From Clostridiales bacterium (lineage in GTDB: Bacteria > Bacillota > Clostridia > Saccharofermentanales > Saccharofermentanaceae): DNA of 64,000 nucleotides. Location of the stretch: NCBI GenBank assembly GCA_017513085.1, contig JAFWDK010000016.1, forward strand, positions 1 to 64,000, in the 5' to 3' direction. The notes beneath the pieces were generated by a model. The model was not told the DNA's origin and ran no database searches. It saw only the letters and a list, made by a program, of their open reading frames with translations. The translations under genes were made by a program, and so were the position numbers. This document shows positions 1 to 9,272 of the stretch, piece by piece. Every line of letters begins with the position of its first letter. Position 1 is the stretch's first letter.

Positions 1-2
1 CA

Positions 3-107
3 GCACCTGCCGCTGAGGAACCGCCCCACGGCAACCTCGTTGGCTGCGTTCATCACGGCGCAGGGGGTGCCGGGCCGCTTCGCCGTTTCCATGGCGAGGC
101 GCGGGAA
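3..107 (-). other. dxr: Fragment of the DXP reductoisomerase (Dxr) C-terminal domain, probably foreign or chimeric sequence at the window edge
   Basis: Minus strand translates FPRLAMETAKRPGTPCAVMNAANEVAVGRFLSGRC, containing the Dxr NAANEVAV motif. Bases 1-100 are 71% GC. It is out of frame with the acidic ORF upstream. Confidence 0.75.
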
Positions 108-118
108 TCTTCCGATCT

Positions 119-339
119 AGCGGTTCTTCCTCCTCTTCTTCCTCTTCTTCGTACTCGTCGTCTTCGTCGTCGGAATCCTCTTCATCCGAATCAGAATCAT
201 CCGATTCCTCGTCCGGGTTTTCCACTACTTCTTCCGGATCAGCGTCCGCTTCATCGAGCTTCTCACTGGCCTGCTCCGAAACTTCTTCAAGTTCCGCCGT
301 CTCTTCGTTCAGATCGTTTTTTAATTCGTCTTCGCTCAT
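119..339 (-). CDS. 5' part of a hypothetical protein with an extremely acidic N-terminus, truncated at the suspected chimeric junction
   Basis: ATG at 339 with a GGGGAAGAG RBS-like sequence. Translates MSEDELKNDLNEETAELEEVSE...DEDDEYEEEEEEEEEP. Not in the ORF track because it runs off the window. Confidence 0.65.
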
Positions 340-444
340 ATACTCTTCCCCGTATTCGTTTCTATTCTTCTACCATTTTATATGATTTGCGAAGATTTGG
401 AATAGTCTTATACATTTTCGGGAATTTATGGTATCATAGGGAAC

Positions 445-519
445 GGAAGCTTAGCTCAGCGGGAGAGCATTCCCTTCACAGGGGAGGGGTCATGGGTTCA
501 AACCCCATAGTTTCCACCA
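445..519 (+). tRNA. tRNA-Val (anticodon CAC)
   Basis: Cloverleaf: acceptor GGAAGCT/AGTTTCC, D-stem GCTC/GAGC, anticodon stem TTCCC/GGGAG with loop TTCACAG, T-arm ATGGG-TTCAAAC-CCCAT, encoded 3' CCA. Confidence 0.95.
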
Positions 520-528
520 GTTTATACG

Positions 529-566
529 AACACGGAGAACGGAAACACCATTCTCCGTGTTTTTTT
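529..566 (+). terminator. Rho-independent terminator after the tRNA
   Basis: AACACGGAGAA...TTCTCCGTGTT stem followed by a T-run. Confidence 0.85.
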
Positions 567-571
567 CATGC

Positions 572-605
572 TTGACACTTTATGTTGTATAAAATATAAT
601 TTTAT
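572..605 (+). promoter_or_regulatory. Consensus sigma-A promoter with an overlapping palindromic operator
   Basis: TTGACA(572-577)-N17-TATAAT(595-600). Inverted repeat ATAAAAT-ATA-ATTTTAT (589-605) covers the -10. Confidence 0.8.
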
Positions 606-630
606 CAAATAGTTATACGAGGTACGGATC

Positions 631-1074
631 ATGAAATACGATTACAAAGAAGCCATGAAGCTTTCCAACCAGCTCTGTTTTCCTCTTTACGCAGCGTCCA
701 GAAACGTGATCAATCTTTATACCCCTTATCTCAAAGCACTGGACCTAACCTACACGCAGTACATCGTGTTTCTGGTGCTTTGGGAGAAGGACGGGATCAC
801 GGTCGGAGAGATCTGCGACAAACTGATGCTGGATAACGGTACCGTTTCTCCTCTTCTCAAGAAGATGCAACAGGCCGGATACATCGATCGGAAGAGAAGC
901 ACGGACGATGATCGCGTAGTCGTGATCACGTTGACAGACGAGGGACGTGCTCTTCAAAAGAAAGCCAAAGACATCCCTCTTTTAGTTTCCGGCTGCATCA
1001 ATATCGATCCGGAAAAAGCCAAAATGCTTCATATGCTTTTATATGAATTACTGGGAAAACAAAAGTCCAATTGA
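631..1074 (+). CDS. MarR-family regulator, OhrR-like
   Basis: QLCFPLYAASR with the OhrR-type sensing Cys; winged helix LDNGTVSPLLKKM...DDRVVVITLT. Confidence 0.9.
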   Translation: MKYDYKEAMKLSNQLCFPLYAASRNVINLYTPYLKALDLTYTQYIVFLVLWEKDGITVGEICDKLMLDNGTVSPLLKKMQQAGYIDRKRSTDDDRVVVITLTDEGRALQKKAKDIPLLVSGCINIDPEKAKMLHMLLYELLGKQKSN

Positions 1075-1094
1075 TCAACAGTCGAGGTCACAAT

Positions 1095-2207
1095 ATGAAG
1101 AAAACAGAATCTGCATTTGATATTCAAGAATATATGACAGCCGGCGTAGAGCGGGTGGTAAAAGATGCGCTCCGGGCAACCCTCCGCGACCCGAAAGGAA
1201 GTGCTTTTATGGCAAGATTTGCCGCCGCGTCCCGATCTGCTTCCAGGAAGCGTCAGGAAGCAGAAAAGAAAGGCGAGCATGTTCCTCCTTTTCTGATCGC
1301 CAGCATCACTTCCAACTGTAATCTGCATTGTGCAGGATGTTATTCCCGAGCTAATCACGCCACAACCGACTGTGCCCCGAAGGACCAGCTGACTTGCCGG
1401 CAGTGGCAAAGGATCTTCGAAGAATCAGAGGAGCTGGGGATCAGTTTCATTCTTTTGGCCGGTGGCGAACCGATGCTGCGAAGAGACGTTATCGAAGCGG
1501 CCGGAAATGTTAAGAATATTCTCTTCCCGATCTTTACCAACGGCGTGCTGCTGGACGAGAAATACCTAGAACTGCTTGAGAAAAGAAGAAATCTGCTTCC
1601 GATCATCAGCATCGAAGGCGGTAGAACCTCGACCGATTCTCGCCGCGGCCAAGGCATTTACGACCGGCTTATCCGCAATATGGATACGCTTCATGGAAAA
1701 GGACTGCTGTACGGTTGTTCCGTAACCGTAACGACCGAAAACCTGGAGGATGTCCTGTCAGAGGAATTCATTTCATCGCTTTCCGAGAGAGGCGGCAAAG
1801 CTGTGATCTATGTCGAATATGTGCCGGTCACGGAGGAAAGCCGGCATCTGGCGATCGGCGACAAGGAAAGGGAGATCTTCTCCTCTGCCCTGTCCGCACT
1901 TCGAAAAAAGCACCCGGAGATCGTATTTGTTTCTTTCCCCGGAGACGAGAAATCATCCGGCGGATGCATCGCAGCCGGTCGCGGATTCTTCCATATCAAT
2001 TCACACGGCGGAGCAGAACCTTGCCCCTTCTCACCTTATTCGGATATCAACGTCCGGGATACATCCGTCAAAGAAGCGCTCTCCTCTCCGCTTTTTATGG
2101 CACTCTCCAACCGGAACATCCTTTCCGGGGATCACACCGGCGGCTGTGTGCTTTTTGAGAAGAAAGAACAAGTCGAAGAGTTATTGAAAAACAGTCTTAT
2201 TCCTTAA
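1095..2207 (+). CDS. Radical SAM protein with a C-terminal Twitch/SPASM-like region
   Basis: CNLHCAGC, GGEP, FTNG, GCIAAGRG...EPCPF. Start set at ATG 1095 after GAGG. Confidence 0.9.
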   Translation: MKKTESAFDIQEYMTAGVERVVKDALRATLRDPKGSAFMARFAAASRSASRKRQEAEKKGEHVPPFLIASITSNCNLHCAGCYSRANHATTDCAPKDQLTCRQWQRIFEESEELGISFILLAGGEPMLRRDVIEAAGNVKNILFPIFTNGVLLDEKYLELLEKRRNLLPIISIEGGRTSTDSRRGQGIYDRLIRNMDTLHGKGLLYGCSVTVTTENLEDVLSEEFISSLSERGGKAVIYVEYVPVTEESRHLAIGDKEREIFSSALSALRKKHPEIVFVSFPGDEKSSGGCIAAGRGFFHINSHGGAEPCPFSPYSDINVRDTSVKEALSSPLFMALSNRNILSGDHTGGCVLFEKKEQVEELLKNSLIP

Positions 2208-2859
2208 CCGGTGTCCGGCTGTATTCTGTCATCGCATTCGATGTGCGACGGAGCAGATGCAGCTGGACAAAACTTACGATAATTGATGCAATGGAAAATA
2301 CAAGCATACCCACCACCCATGCAAGCTGTGCCAAGTCAGTAAACACAGCTAAAACACTCAGGACCAAACCGACATTGACAACAATATATGCCTTCAGATA
2401 AGACTTCCACGAGTCACCGAGATACTCATCCACCGGGTCCAGGCAATCTTTCATTGCCGCACAAAGCTTGGCCGTATATGCCACACCCAAAAAAGCACCG
2501 AGTACAAAGAATGCGGCATTCACTTTATATTCAGACACCGATTTGAATACCTCGCACACTTGCGCCATGATTGCGATGCAGGCAGCTATCCTGTAGTCGT
2601 TGTGAAACTTTCCGACAGAAAACAAGATACCTAAAGAAATCAGATTGACCCCTACGCCTATCCAGCTCAGTACGATCAACAAAGTAGAGTTCGTAACGCT
2701 GCGGGAAACAACAAGCAAAGCGATCGTCAGCATGATTCCGATCACTGTAATCCAAAACATCCACATGAGGCGTTTGCCCAGAATCCCGCAACGTTTTTTA
2801 TGTTCGATCTTGATCTGACGTTCTTTCTCCGACAATTTCACTGGCTGCTTTTCAAACAT
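2197..2859 (-). CDS. Hypothetical integral membrane protein (~6 TM)
   Basis: 220-aa ORF with an AGGAG RBS and alternating hydrophobic segments. Confidence 0.8.
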   Translation of the reverse strand: MFEKQPVKLSEKERQIKIEHKKRCGILGKRLMWMFWITVIGIMLTIALLVVSRSVTNSTLLIVLSWIGVGVNLISLGILFSVGKFHNDYRIAACIAIMAQVCEVFKSVSEYKVNAAFFVLGAFLGVAYTAKLCAAMKDCLDPVDEYLGDSWKSYLKAYIVVNVGLVLSVLAVFTDLAQLAWVVGMLVFSIASIIVSFVQLHLLRRTSNAMTEYSRTPVKE

Positions 2860-2948
2860 TTTGGTTTTCTCCTTTACATTTCACAAGCAAATCATTTTCT
2901 ATGTCTTCAGTATAGAATGGGCATGTGTAATCTTTATGTACACCAGTA

Positions 2949-4964
2949 TTATTCTTTGTCGTATTTAGGATTCTGCAATCGTTCGCTCATCTTTTCTTTC
3001 GGAAGAGGACGGTCATAGTAATAGCCCTGGATCACATTCGCACCTAAGGCGCGCAGTGTCTCAACCTGGGAAGGCTGCTCCACGCCTTCCGCCACGATCT
3101 TTAAGCCGATATCGATGGCCAGCTTGATTATATGGTCCAATATAGTTAGGTCTTTGGAATGGTCACGATCGATAAAACCTTTATCGATCTTCATCGTATC
3201 AAAGTTGATCTCGCGAAGCACAGACATGGAGGAATTGCCACATCCGAAATCATCGATGGAAGCGCCATAACCCAGGTCGTGAAGTGCGTCAACAAAAGAC
3301 TTCAGCACGCTGAGCGGGAACTCATCGACCGTTTCCGTGATTTCGATCTCAATCAGATTTTTCGGAATACCGCTTTCTCTGACCACCGCATCGATCTTCT
3401 TCGCCAGATCCGGATCCGCAAGATTCCTTCTGGAAAAATTCACTGAGATCGGTGGGATCTCCACACCTTCTTTACGCCACGCAGCAATATCCGCGCATAT
3501 CTTCCGAAGCATATACATGTCCAGATCACAGATCGAATCATTTCTCTCCATGATCGGGATAAAGTCTCCCGGGTCTACGATCTGTCCGTTATGGATCCAT
3601 CTTGCCAACGCCTCAGCGCCGCACAAAGTATTTGTTTTGCTGTTGACCTTCGGCTGGTAGAATGGAATAAACTCATCGTGACTTAACGCATAGCGGATAT
3701 CCGAATCGAAACGCCTCCGGGTTTCGATCGCATCCATCAGTTCCTGCGTCATATATACTGTCTCCTTGCCCATGCTTCTGGCATGATTAAGCGCCGTTCT
3801 GGCGTATGTCACGACCTCTTCTCCCTTAATCTCCTCCCGCGAGATCTCATACACTCCTGCTCTCGCCGCGATGCTCTCAGTCAGCTCTGTGCCCGTATCG
3901 TCCTTAAACTGCACACGCACGCCTTTCAGTTTCTCAAGGATTTCTGGCAGATTCTTCTTCTTCACCAACACAATAAACTGATCTGCGTTCGGATGTCCCA
4001 TAAACTCATCCGGATCGAGTTCTGCTGCAAAAGCACTTGCATACGCACTCAGAATGTGGTTTCCCACATCGACTCCGTATTTGCGGTTGAGCAAGGTGAA
4101 TTTGGTAAGATCAAAATACACCGCCGCATAGTTCTTCATGTCGCTTTTTTTCGTATGGATCCACTCGATGCAGCCATGCTCGTTGGAAAGACCGGTTCGT
4201 ATATCCGTGCGCTCCGCGATGCGTATCTGCCGGTTCTGATAGATGATGTTCTCGATAAACATCACATGTACCGATGCGGCCACGCCGATATCCATATAAG
4301 CAAATCCATAGAAGAAATACTGGAACAGGAAACCCACCAGAGGGAATACGATATACGAGGTCAGCGCCAGGAAACGGCTGGTGGTCGTCTCTTTCCGATA
4401 CTGAAGAAGGATAGAGAAAATGATTGCCATACCTGTTACAGGAATAAGCACCGACAACGGGAAAAGATCTCCGCGATGGTAGAAATTCTCTGCATCGATC
4501 GTGTAATACAAGCCGGAGAAGTGTGAGATGACGACCATTCCCATGCCTACCACAGAAAGCATGCAGCAGGTCAGAAAACGGAAGCGGCATCGCTGTTCCC
4601 GTTTCAGATCAAAATGCCCGAAAAGAACTATGGATTCATAAATAATGATCGCAACAAGAAACAGATCGCATATCAGGAACACGGCCAGAGTGGACACCTG
4701 CATGACCAACGAGCTGAAAGGCGTGACTCTTCCCGGAAGAATGTACGTCAGATAATCGAAAAGGAGCATAAAGCCTGCCAGAACATTGAGAAATACCACG
4801 GCATGCTTCGCCTTGACATCCCGACTGTTTTTGACCGCAGAAAGCACAGCCGAAACAAAGCAGAAAATCGACTCAAAAAGAAGAAATGCTACTTGAACTG
4901 CAAAAAAGTCTACCAATCCTGATTTGCCCTCCTCCCCCGAAGAATTCGGGAGTACGACCCGCAT
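2949..4964 (-). CDS. Membrane-anchored c-di-GMP phosphodiesterase with degenerate GGDEF and intact EAL
   Basis: About 7 N-terminal TM segments; GGDEF position reads PNADQF; AEALARW, DDFG, KID and AEGVE intact. The true start may be the TTG near 4916. Confidence 0.9.
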   Translation of the reverse strand: MRVVLPNSSGEEGKSGLVDFFAVQVAFLLFESIFCFVSAVLSAVKNSRDVKAKHAVVFLNVLAGFMLLFDYLTYILPGRVTPFSSLVMQVSTLAVFLICDLFLVAIIIYESIVLFGHFDLKREQRCRFRFLTCCMLSVVGMGMVVISHFSGLYYTIDAENFYHRGDLFPLSVLIPVTGMAIIFSILLQYRKETTTSRFLALTSYIVFPLVGFLFQYFFYGFAYMDIGVAASVHVMFIENIIYQNRQIRIAERTDIRTGLSNEHGCIEWIHTKKSDMKNYAAVYFDLTKFTLLNRKYGVDVGNHILSAYASAFAAELDPDEFMGHPNADQFIVLVKKKNLPEILEKLKGVRVQFKDDTGTELTESIAARAGVYEISREEIKGEEVVTYARTALNHARSMGKETVYMTQELMDAIETRRRFDSDIRYALSHDEFIPFYQPKVNSKTNTLCGAEALARWIHNGQIVDPGDFIPIMERNDSICDLDMYMLRKICADIAAWRKEGVEIPPISVNFSRRNLADPDLAKKIDAVVRESGIPKNLIEIEITETVDEFPLSVLKSFVDALHDLGYGASIDDFGCGNSSMSVLREINFDTMKIDKGFIDRDHSKDLTILDHIIKLAIDIGLKIVAEGVEQPSQVETLRALGANVIQGYYYDRPLPKEKMSERLQNPKYDKE

Positions 4965-5079
4965 AACCTATATTTCCAATTATACTCGCGCGCATATGTA
5001 AAAGCAATTTGTGTATTTTAACGCTTGAAAAACTTTCTGTTACATAAGAAAATACTATGTGGTAGAAAGGCGGACGAAT

Positions 5080-6030
5080 ATGGAAGATTGTTTAGTTTAT
5101 TTTTTTACAGGCTTTCTCGACAGCGGCAAGACGTCGTTTATTCTTTCCTGGCTGTCTGACGGCAGTTTTCGGGATAAAAACGTCCTGATCCTTCTGACCG
5201 AAGAAGGCGAAGTGGAATTCCCTCCGGTCGAGGGCGCGCCTTGTAAGTCTTTGAACATCGTGACTTGCGAGACCGATGATGTGAATAAAGATTATACCTA
5301 CTCTCTGGAGCAGAAATATCATCCGGATGTCGTACTCATCGAGTGGAACGGATCGGTCAGCCCAAGTGCTTTTTTCGACGAAGTGGATGTTCCGGAACGC
5401 TGGGCGCTGGCTGCAGCCATTACGATCGTGGACGCCTCCACATACGGCGATTATTACAGAAACATGCAGACGCTTTTCGCGGATTACTATCGTTTCTGTG
5501 ATAACGTGATCTTCAACCGTGTGGATCCGAACACCAATAACATACCTAAATTACGTGGTTCGGTCAAATCACTGAACCCCGCCATGAATCTGTCATTCTT
5601 CGGAATGGACGGAAACATGATCGATATCGGAGAATATCTCCCCTACAATCTGGATGACGATCCGTGCGTGATCGCTCCGGATGATTTTGGTCTCTTTTAT
5701 ACCGATGCGCTCGACAACGTGAAGCGATACAACGGCAAGCGTATCACCGTGACCGGTCAGGCTACGCTTATGCGGGAACACAAGAAGGATGCTTTCGTGC
5801 TTCAGCGCAAGGCTTACACCTGTTGTGCCGCGGATATCGGCCTGATCAGTCTTCTGTGTCTGTTTAAAGTCCGTCCGGGATTCCCGGAAAACAAGTGGCT
5901 TCAGGTCACAGGTCGTATCGGCTTTTTCCGTGACGAGTCGCAGGGCACTCCGGTCGCAATCCCTTGTCTTCAGGTCGAGAATTATCGTCTGACCGACACG
6001 CCGGATAACGAGGTCATTTATTTCAGCTAA
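5080..6030 (+). CDS. CobW/COG0523-like GTPase domain fused to a TIGR03943/DUF1980-like C-terminal domain
   Basis: GFLDSGKT P-loop, EWNG, C-terminal TCCAADI. Confidence 0.8.
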   Translation: MEDCLVYFFTGFLDSGKTSFILSWLSDGSFRDKNVLILLTEEGEVEFPPVEGAPCKSLNIVTCETDDVNKDYTYSLEQKYHPDVVLIEWNGSVSPSAFFDEVDVPERWALAAAITIVDASTYGDYYRNMQTLFADYYRFCDNVIFNRVDPNTNNIPKLRGSVKSLNPAMNLSFFGMDGNMIDIGEYLPYNLDDDPCVIAPDDFGLFYTDALDNVKRYNGKRITVTGQATLMREHKKDAFVLQRKAYTCCAADIGLISLLCLFKVRPGFPENKWLQVTGRIGFFRDESQGTPVAIPCLQVENYRLTDTPDNEVIYFS

Positions 6031-6058
6031 CAGATTTAAAGGAAAGAAGGAATAAACA

Positions 6059-7207
6059 ATGGCAACCAAAGTAGACATTTTTTCAGGATTCTTAGGCGCA
6101 GGTAAAACTACGCTGATCAAGAAGCTCATCTCTGACGGGTATAACGGACAGAAGATCGTACTCATCGAGAACGAATTCGGACAGATCGGTATCGATGGTG
6201 GCTTTTTGAAGGAAGCAGGCATTGAGATCACCGAGATGAACTCGGGCTGCATCTGCTGCTCTCTCGTCGGCGATTTCGGCACCGCTTTAAAAGAAGTCAT
6301 CGATAAGTTCTCCCCTGACCGTATCCTCATCGAGCCATCCGGCGTCGGCAAGCTTTCCGATGTCGTTGCAGCTGTGGAAAAGGTCGAGGGAACCGAAGTG
6401 TGCGGAACCGTTACCGTCATCGATGCAAGCAAGTGCAAGATCTATCTCAAGAATTTCAAGGAGTTCTACGAGAACCAGATCAAGTACGCCGGCACGATCA
6501 TCCTGTCCCGTACAGGCAACATCGCGCAGGAGAAACTGGATACAGCCATCTCCCTGATCCGCGAGATCAACGATCACTCTCAGATCATCACAACACCTTG
6601 GGAGAAGCTCTCCGGCGCACAGATCCTGTCAGCGATCGAGAGCCCGCTCACCGCTTCAGATATGGCCGCTGCTCTTCTTGAAGCTGAGGAGCATGCGCAT
6701 CACCATCACCACCACGATGATGAGGACGAGCACGAGCACCATCACGACCACGATCACGAACATCACCACGAGCATGACGAAGATGACGAGCATGACCATG
6801 ATCATGAACACGAGCACCATCATCACGACCATGACCACGAACATGATGAGCACGAGCATCACCACGACCACGGTCCGGACTGCACCTGCGGTTGCCATGA
6901 CCATGATCACGATCACGAAGGTCATCATCATGCAGACGAAGTCTTCGACAGCATCGGGTTTGAAACATCCAAAGCCTTCTCGGAAGCTTCTATCCGTGCC
7001 GCGCTCGAAGAACTCGACAGTGGCGAATTCGGTATGATCCTCCGTGCCAAGGGAATCGTTGCCGGCGAAGATGGCAATTGGATCCACTTTGACTACGTGC
7101 CGGGTGAAGCCGACGTACGTACCGGAGCTGCCGACGTCACAGGAAAGCTCTGCGTAATCGGCGCAAACGTAAAGAAAGATGCGGTCAAAGTGCTTTTCGG
7201 ACTGTAA
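6059..7207 (+). CDS. COG0523/CobW-family metallochaperone GTPase with a long His-rich tract
   Basis: GFLGAGKTT, ENEFG, GCICC, EPSG, LRAKG; about 40 His residues plus CTCGC in the insert. Confidence 0.93.
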   Translation: MATKVDIFSGFLGAGKTTLIKKLISDGYNGQKIVLIENEFGQIGIDGGFLKEAGIEITEMNSGCICCSLVGDFGTALKEVIDKFSPDRILIEPSGVGKLSDVVAAVEKVEGTEVCGTVTVIDASKCKIYLKNFKEFYENQIKYAGTIILSRTGNIAQEKLDTAISLIREINDHSQIITTPWEKLSGAQILSAIESPLTASDMAAALLEAEEHAHHHHHHDDEDEHEHHHDHDHEHHHEHDEDDEHDHDHEHEHHHHDHDHEHDEHEHHHDHGPDCTCGCHDHDHDHEGHHHADEVFDSIGFETSKAFSEASIRAALEELDSGEFGMILRAKGIVAGEDGNWIHFDYVPGEADVRTGAADVTGKLCVIGANVKKDAVKVLFGL

Positions 7208-7231
7208 GATTTTCAGCTTAAACTTGAACGC

Positions 7232-7340
7232 AAAAGGGACTGTGCTTTCATACTGAAGGACAGCCTTTTTTGCTAGAGCATCCAATATCGTTTGGAAGAC
7301 AGAAAGACGAAGGGGAGCCTCTGTTTGGAGACTCCCCTTC
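7232..7340. terminator. Two hairpins terminating convergent genes
   Basis: 7232-7271 AAAAGG..CTGT..TTCA/TGAA..ACAG..CCTTTT followed by T-run; 7309-7340 GAAGGGGAG/CTCCCCTTC. Confidence 0.7.
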
Positions 7341-7366
7341 CCTTTACTTTAAATTATTCTCTGTGA

Positions 7367-8338
7367 TTACGGAATGTACTCGATTCTAATGTCGTCCAGC
7401 TTGCCCTTCAAGAACTGATACTCAAACTTGGAGTTTCCATAATACTTGGTAGCTTTCTTTGTCCATGTCAGTGTATCTGTGTAATAGTCCGGATCGCTAT
7501 CGCTCTGATAGTGTCTGTTCTCGGCCGGTTCACCGCATGCAGCGATCAGCTGTTCCATGGTGATATCAAACGGCATACCTGTTGTAACAACATTCTGCGG
7601 CTCCTTCTCTCTGCTGATGCTGGAATAATAGAGCTCGCTGAGGTAGCAATCCGTTGCAGGTTTTCCATCATCTGTATCGTTCAGGAAGTAAAGAGAAATA
7701 TAAGCCTTGTTCTCAAGTTTCAGTTTAAACTTTACCTGGCTGTTCTTCTTTACATTGTTACCTGCATCCGCGATGGATTCCTCATCAAAAGGAACGCCGT
7801 CGTCGATCATTTCCTTAAGAGTAGCTTTACCGAAAGAATACTTCTTTCCGTTAATGTAGATGCACATATCATCGAAGTTTGCATAGCTGCCGGACGGAGC
7901 ATCTCCGTTATCCGGCTTAGATGTTTCAGAAGTAGCATCTGTTGCGGAAGTTTCGTCAGAAGCACTTGTTTCAGTATCGGATTCTTTGCTTGTCTCCTCA
8001 GAAGAAGATTCTTCAGAAGAGGACTCTTCTGTAGAAGCCTCTGTGGATTCTTCTGTCGTTTCCTTAGTTGTAGCTTCTGTGGTTGTAGTAGCCTCTGTTG
8101 TGGTCTCTTCCGTGGTAGTCTCTTCCTCAGTGGTTGTCTCTTCCTCTGTCGTCTCCTCGGTCGTTTCCTTCGTTTTCTTCGTCTTCTTTGTTTCTTCTTC
8201 GGTTTCGTCGTCCGTTTCTTCTGTTGTCTCCTTGTTATTTCTGTTTGTTCTGGTCTCGTCAGAATCACTCTTGGAGCAAGCTGCCATAGAGAACACCATT
8301 CCTAAAGCAAGAAGAACTGCTGCAATTTTCTTTTTCAT
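7367..8338 (-). CDS. Lipoprotein with a long Thr/Glu/Ser-rich linker and a C-terminal globular domain
   Basis: MKKK...MAAC lipobox; EETTT and EESSS low-complexity repeats. Confidence 0.88.
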   Translation of the reverse strand: MKKKIAAVLLALGMVFSMAACSKSDSDETRTNRNNKETTEETDDETEEETKKTKKTKETTEETTEEETTTEEETTTEETTTEATTTTEATTKETTEESTEASTEESSSEESSSEETSKESDTETSASDETSATDATSETSKPDNGDAPSGSYANFDDMCIYINGKKYSFGKATLKEMIDDGVPFDEESIADAGNNVKKNSQVKFKLKLENKAYISLYFLNDTDDGKPATDCYLSELYYSSISREKEPQNVVTTGMPFDITMEQLIAACGEPAENRHYQSDSDPDYYTDTLTWTKKATKYYGNSKFEYQFLKGKLDDIRIEYIP

Positions 8339-8531
8339 TTCTTTTTCCTTCTTTCCAATTATATTTCCAAACCGAAAAACATTATATCACGAATTATCAA
8401 AAACCAATCCTATACAGATAGTACAAAAAACTGCACCTGACGCGTTCAAAATCGGTGCTTTAGTCTTTAAGGTTCGTTTTAACTAGCCTTGGTACACTAA
8501 AGCCAAGATACAAGAACAGGAGAACACGAAA

Positions 8532-9272
8532 ATGACGTACCAGAGTGTATTTCAAAGATACGAAATCAAATACATCCTGACCCGAGAGCAGTGCGCAGAG
8601 ATCAAAAACGCCATTTCCGGGAAAATGCAGATCGATGCCTATGGGCTTACCACGATCCGGAATATCTACCTCGATACCGAAGACTATCGCTTGATTCGAA
8701 CCTCCCTGGATCATCCGGTCTATAAAGAAAAGATCCGGATCCGCAGTTACCGCCACGTCGGACAGAACGATAACGTCTTCGTGGAACTCAAGAAAAAGTA
8801 CGAAGGGATCGTATACAAAAGACGGATCGAATCCGAAAACTATCTGGCCATGGATTGGCTCTGCGCCGGCGGGGACGCCCCGGACGAAAGCCAGATCGGC
8901 AGAGAGATCACTTATTTCCGCGATTTCTATCAGACTATTGCTCCAAAAGCACTGATCACTTACGAAAGAGAGGCCTACGCCCCGGTCGATCCGGAAAGAG
9001 ACGACCTTCGAATCACTTTTGATCGGAACATCCTGGGAAGAGATTACGATATTTCCCTTTCCGGCGGCATATACGGAAACAAGATCCTTCCTGAAGGCCA
9101 GGTGCTCATGGAGATAAAAGTTCCAGGCGTCTTTCCACTTTGGCTGACCAGATACCTAAGCGAACACAATATCCGGAAAAGTTCTTTTTCCAAATACGGC
9201 GAATACTACACAAACTACATTTTGAACAACGAATACGACAAGAATACGAAAGGAGGCCTCCTCTATGCTTAA
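8532..9272 (+). CDS. VTC-domain (polyphosphate polymerase, CYTH/TTM) protein
   Basis: RYEIKY (ExK), IYLDT, EKIRIRSY, VELKKK, KRR, YEREAY, LRITFD, MEIK, FSKY. Confidence 0.9.
   Translation: MTYQSVFQRYEIKYILTREQCAEIKNAISGKMQIDAYGLTTIRNIYLDTEDYRLIRTSLDHPVYKEKIRIRSYRHVGQNDNVFVELKKKYEGIVYKRRIESENYLAMDWLCAGGDAPDESQIGREITYFRDFYQTIAPKALITYEREAYAPVDPERDDLRITFDRNILGRDYDISLSGGIYGNKILPEGQVLMEIKVPGVFPLWLTRYLSEHNIRKSSFSKYGEYYTNYILNNEYDKNTKGGLLYA

Noticed and set aside
445-519. tRNA as an integration site (attL/attR)
   Set aside because: I saw no duplicate of its 3' end and no integrase in the window.
387-575. 62-aa ORF
   Set aside because: It overlaps tRNA-Val and its terminator, so it is spurious.
6690-6935. 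CAY/GAY repeat tract as a CRISPR array or satellite
   Set aside because: It is an in-frame His/Asp/Glu coding tract with no repeat-spacer structure.
7930-8240. Tandem-like repeats and overlapping antisense ORFs
   Set aside because: They are explained by the Thr/Glu/Ser linker of the lipoprotein.
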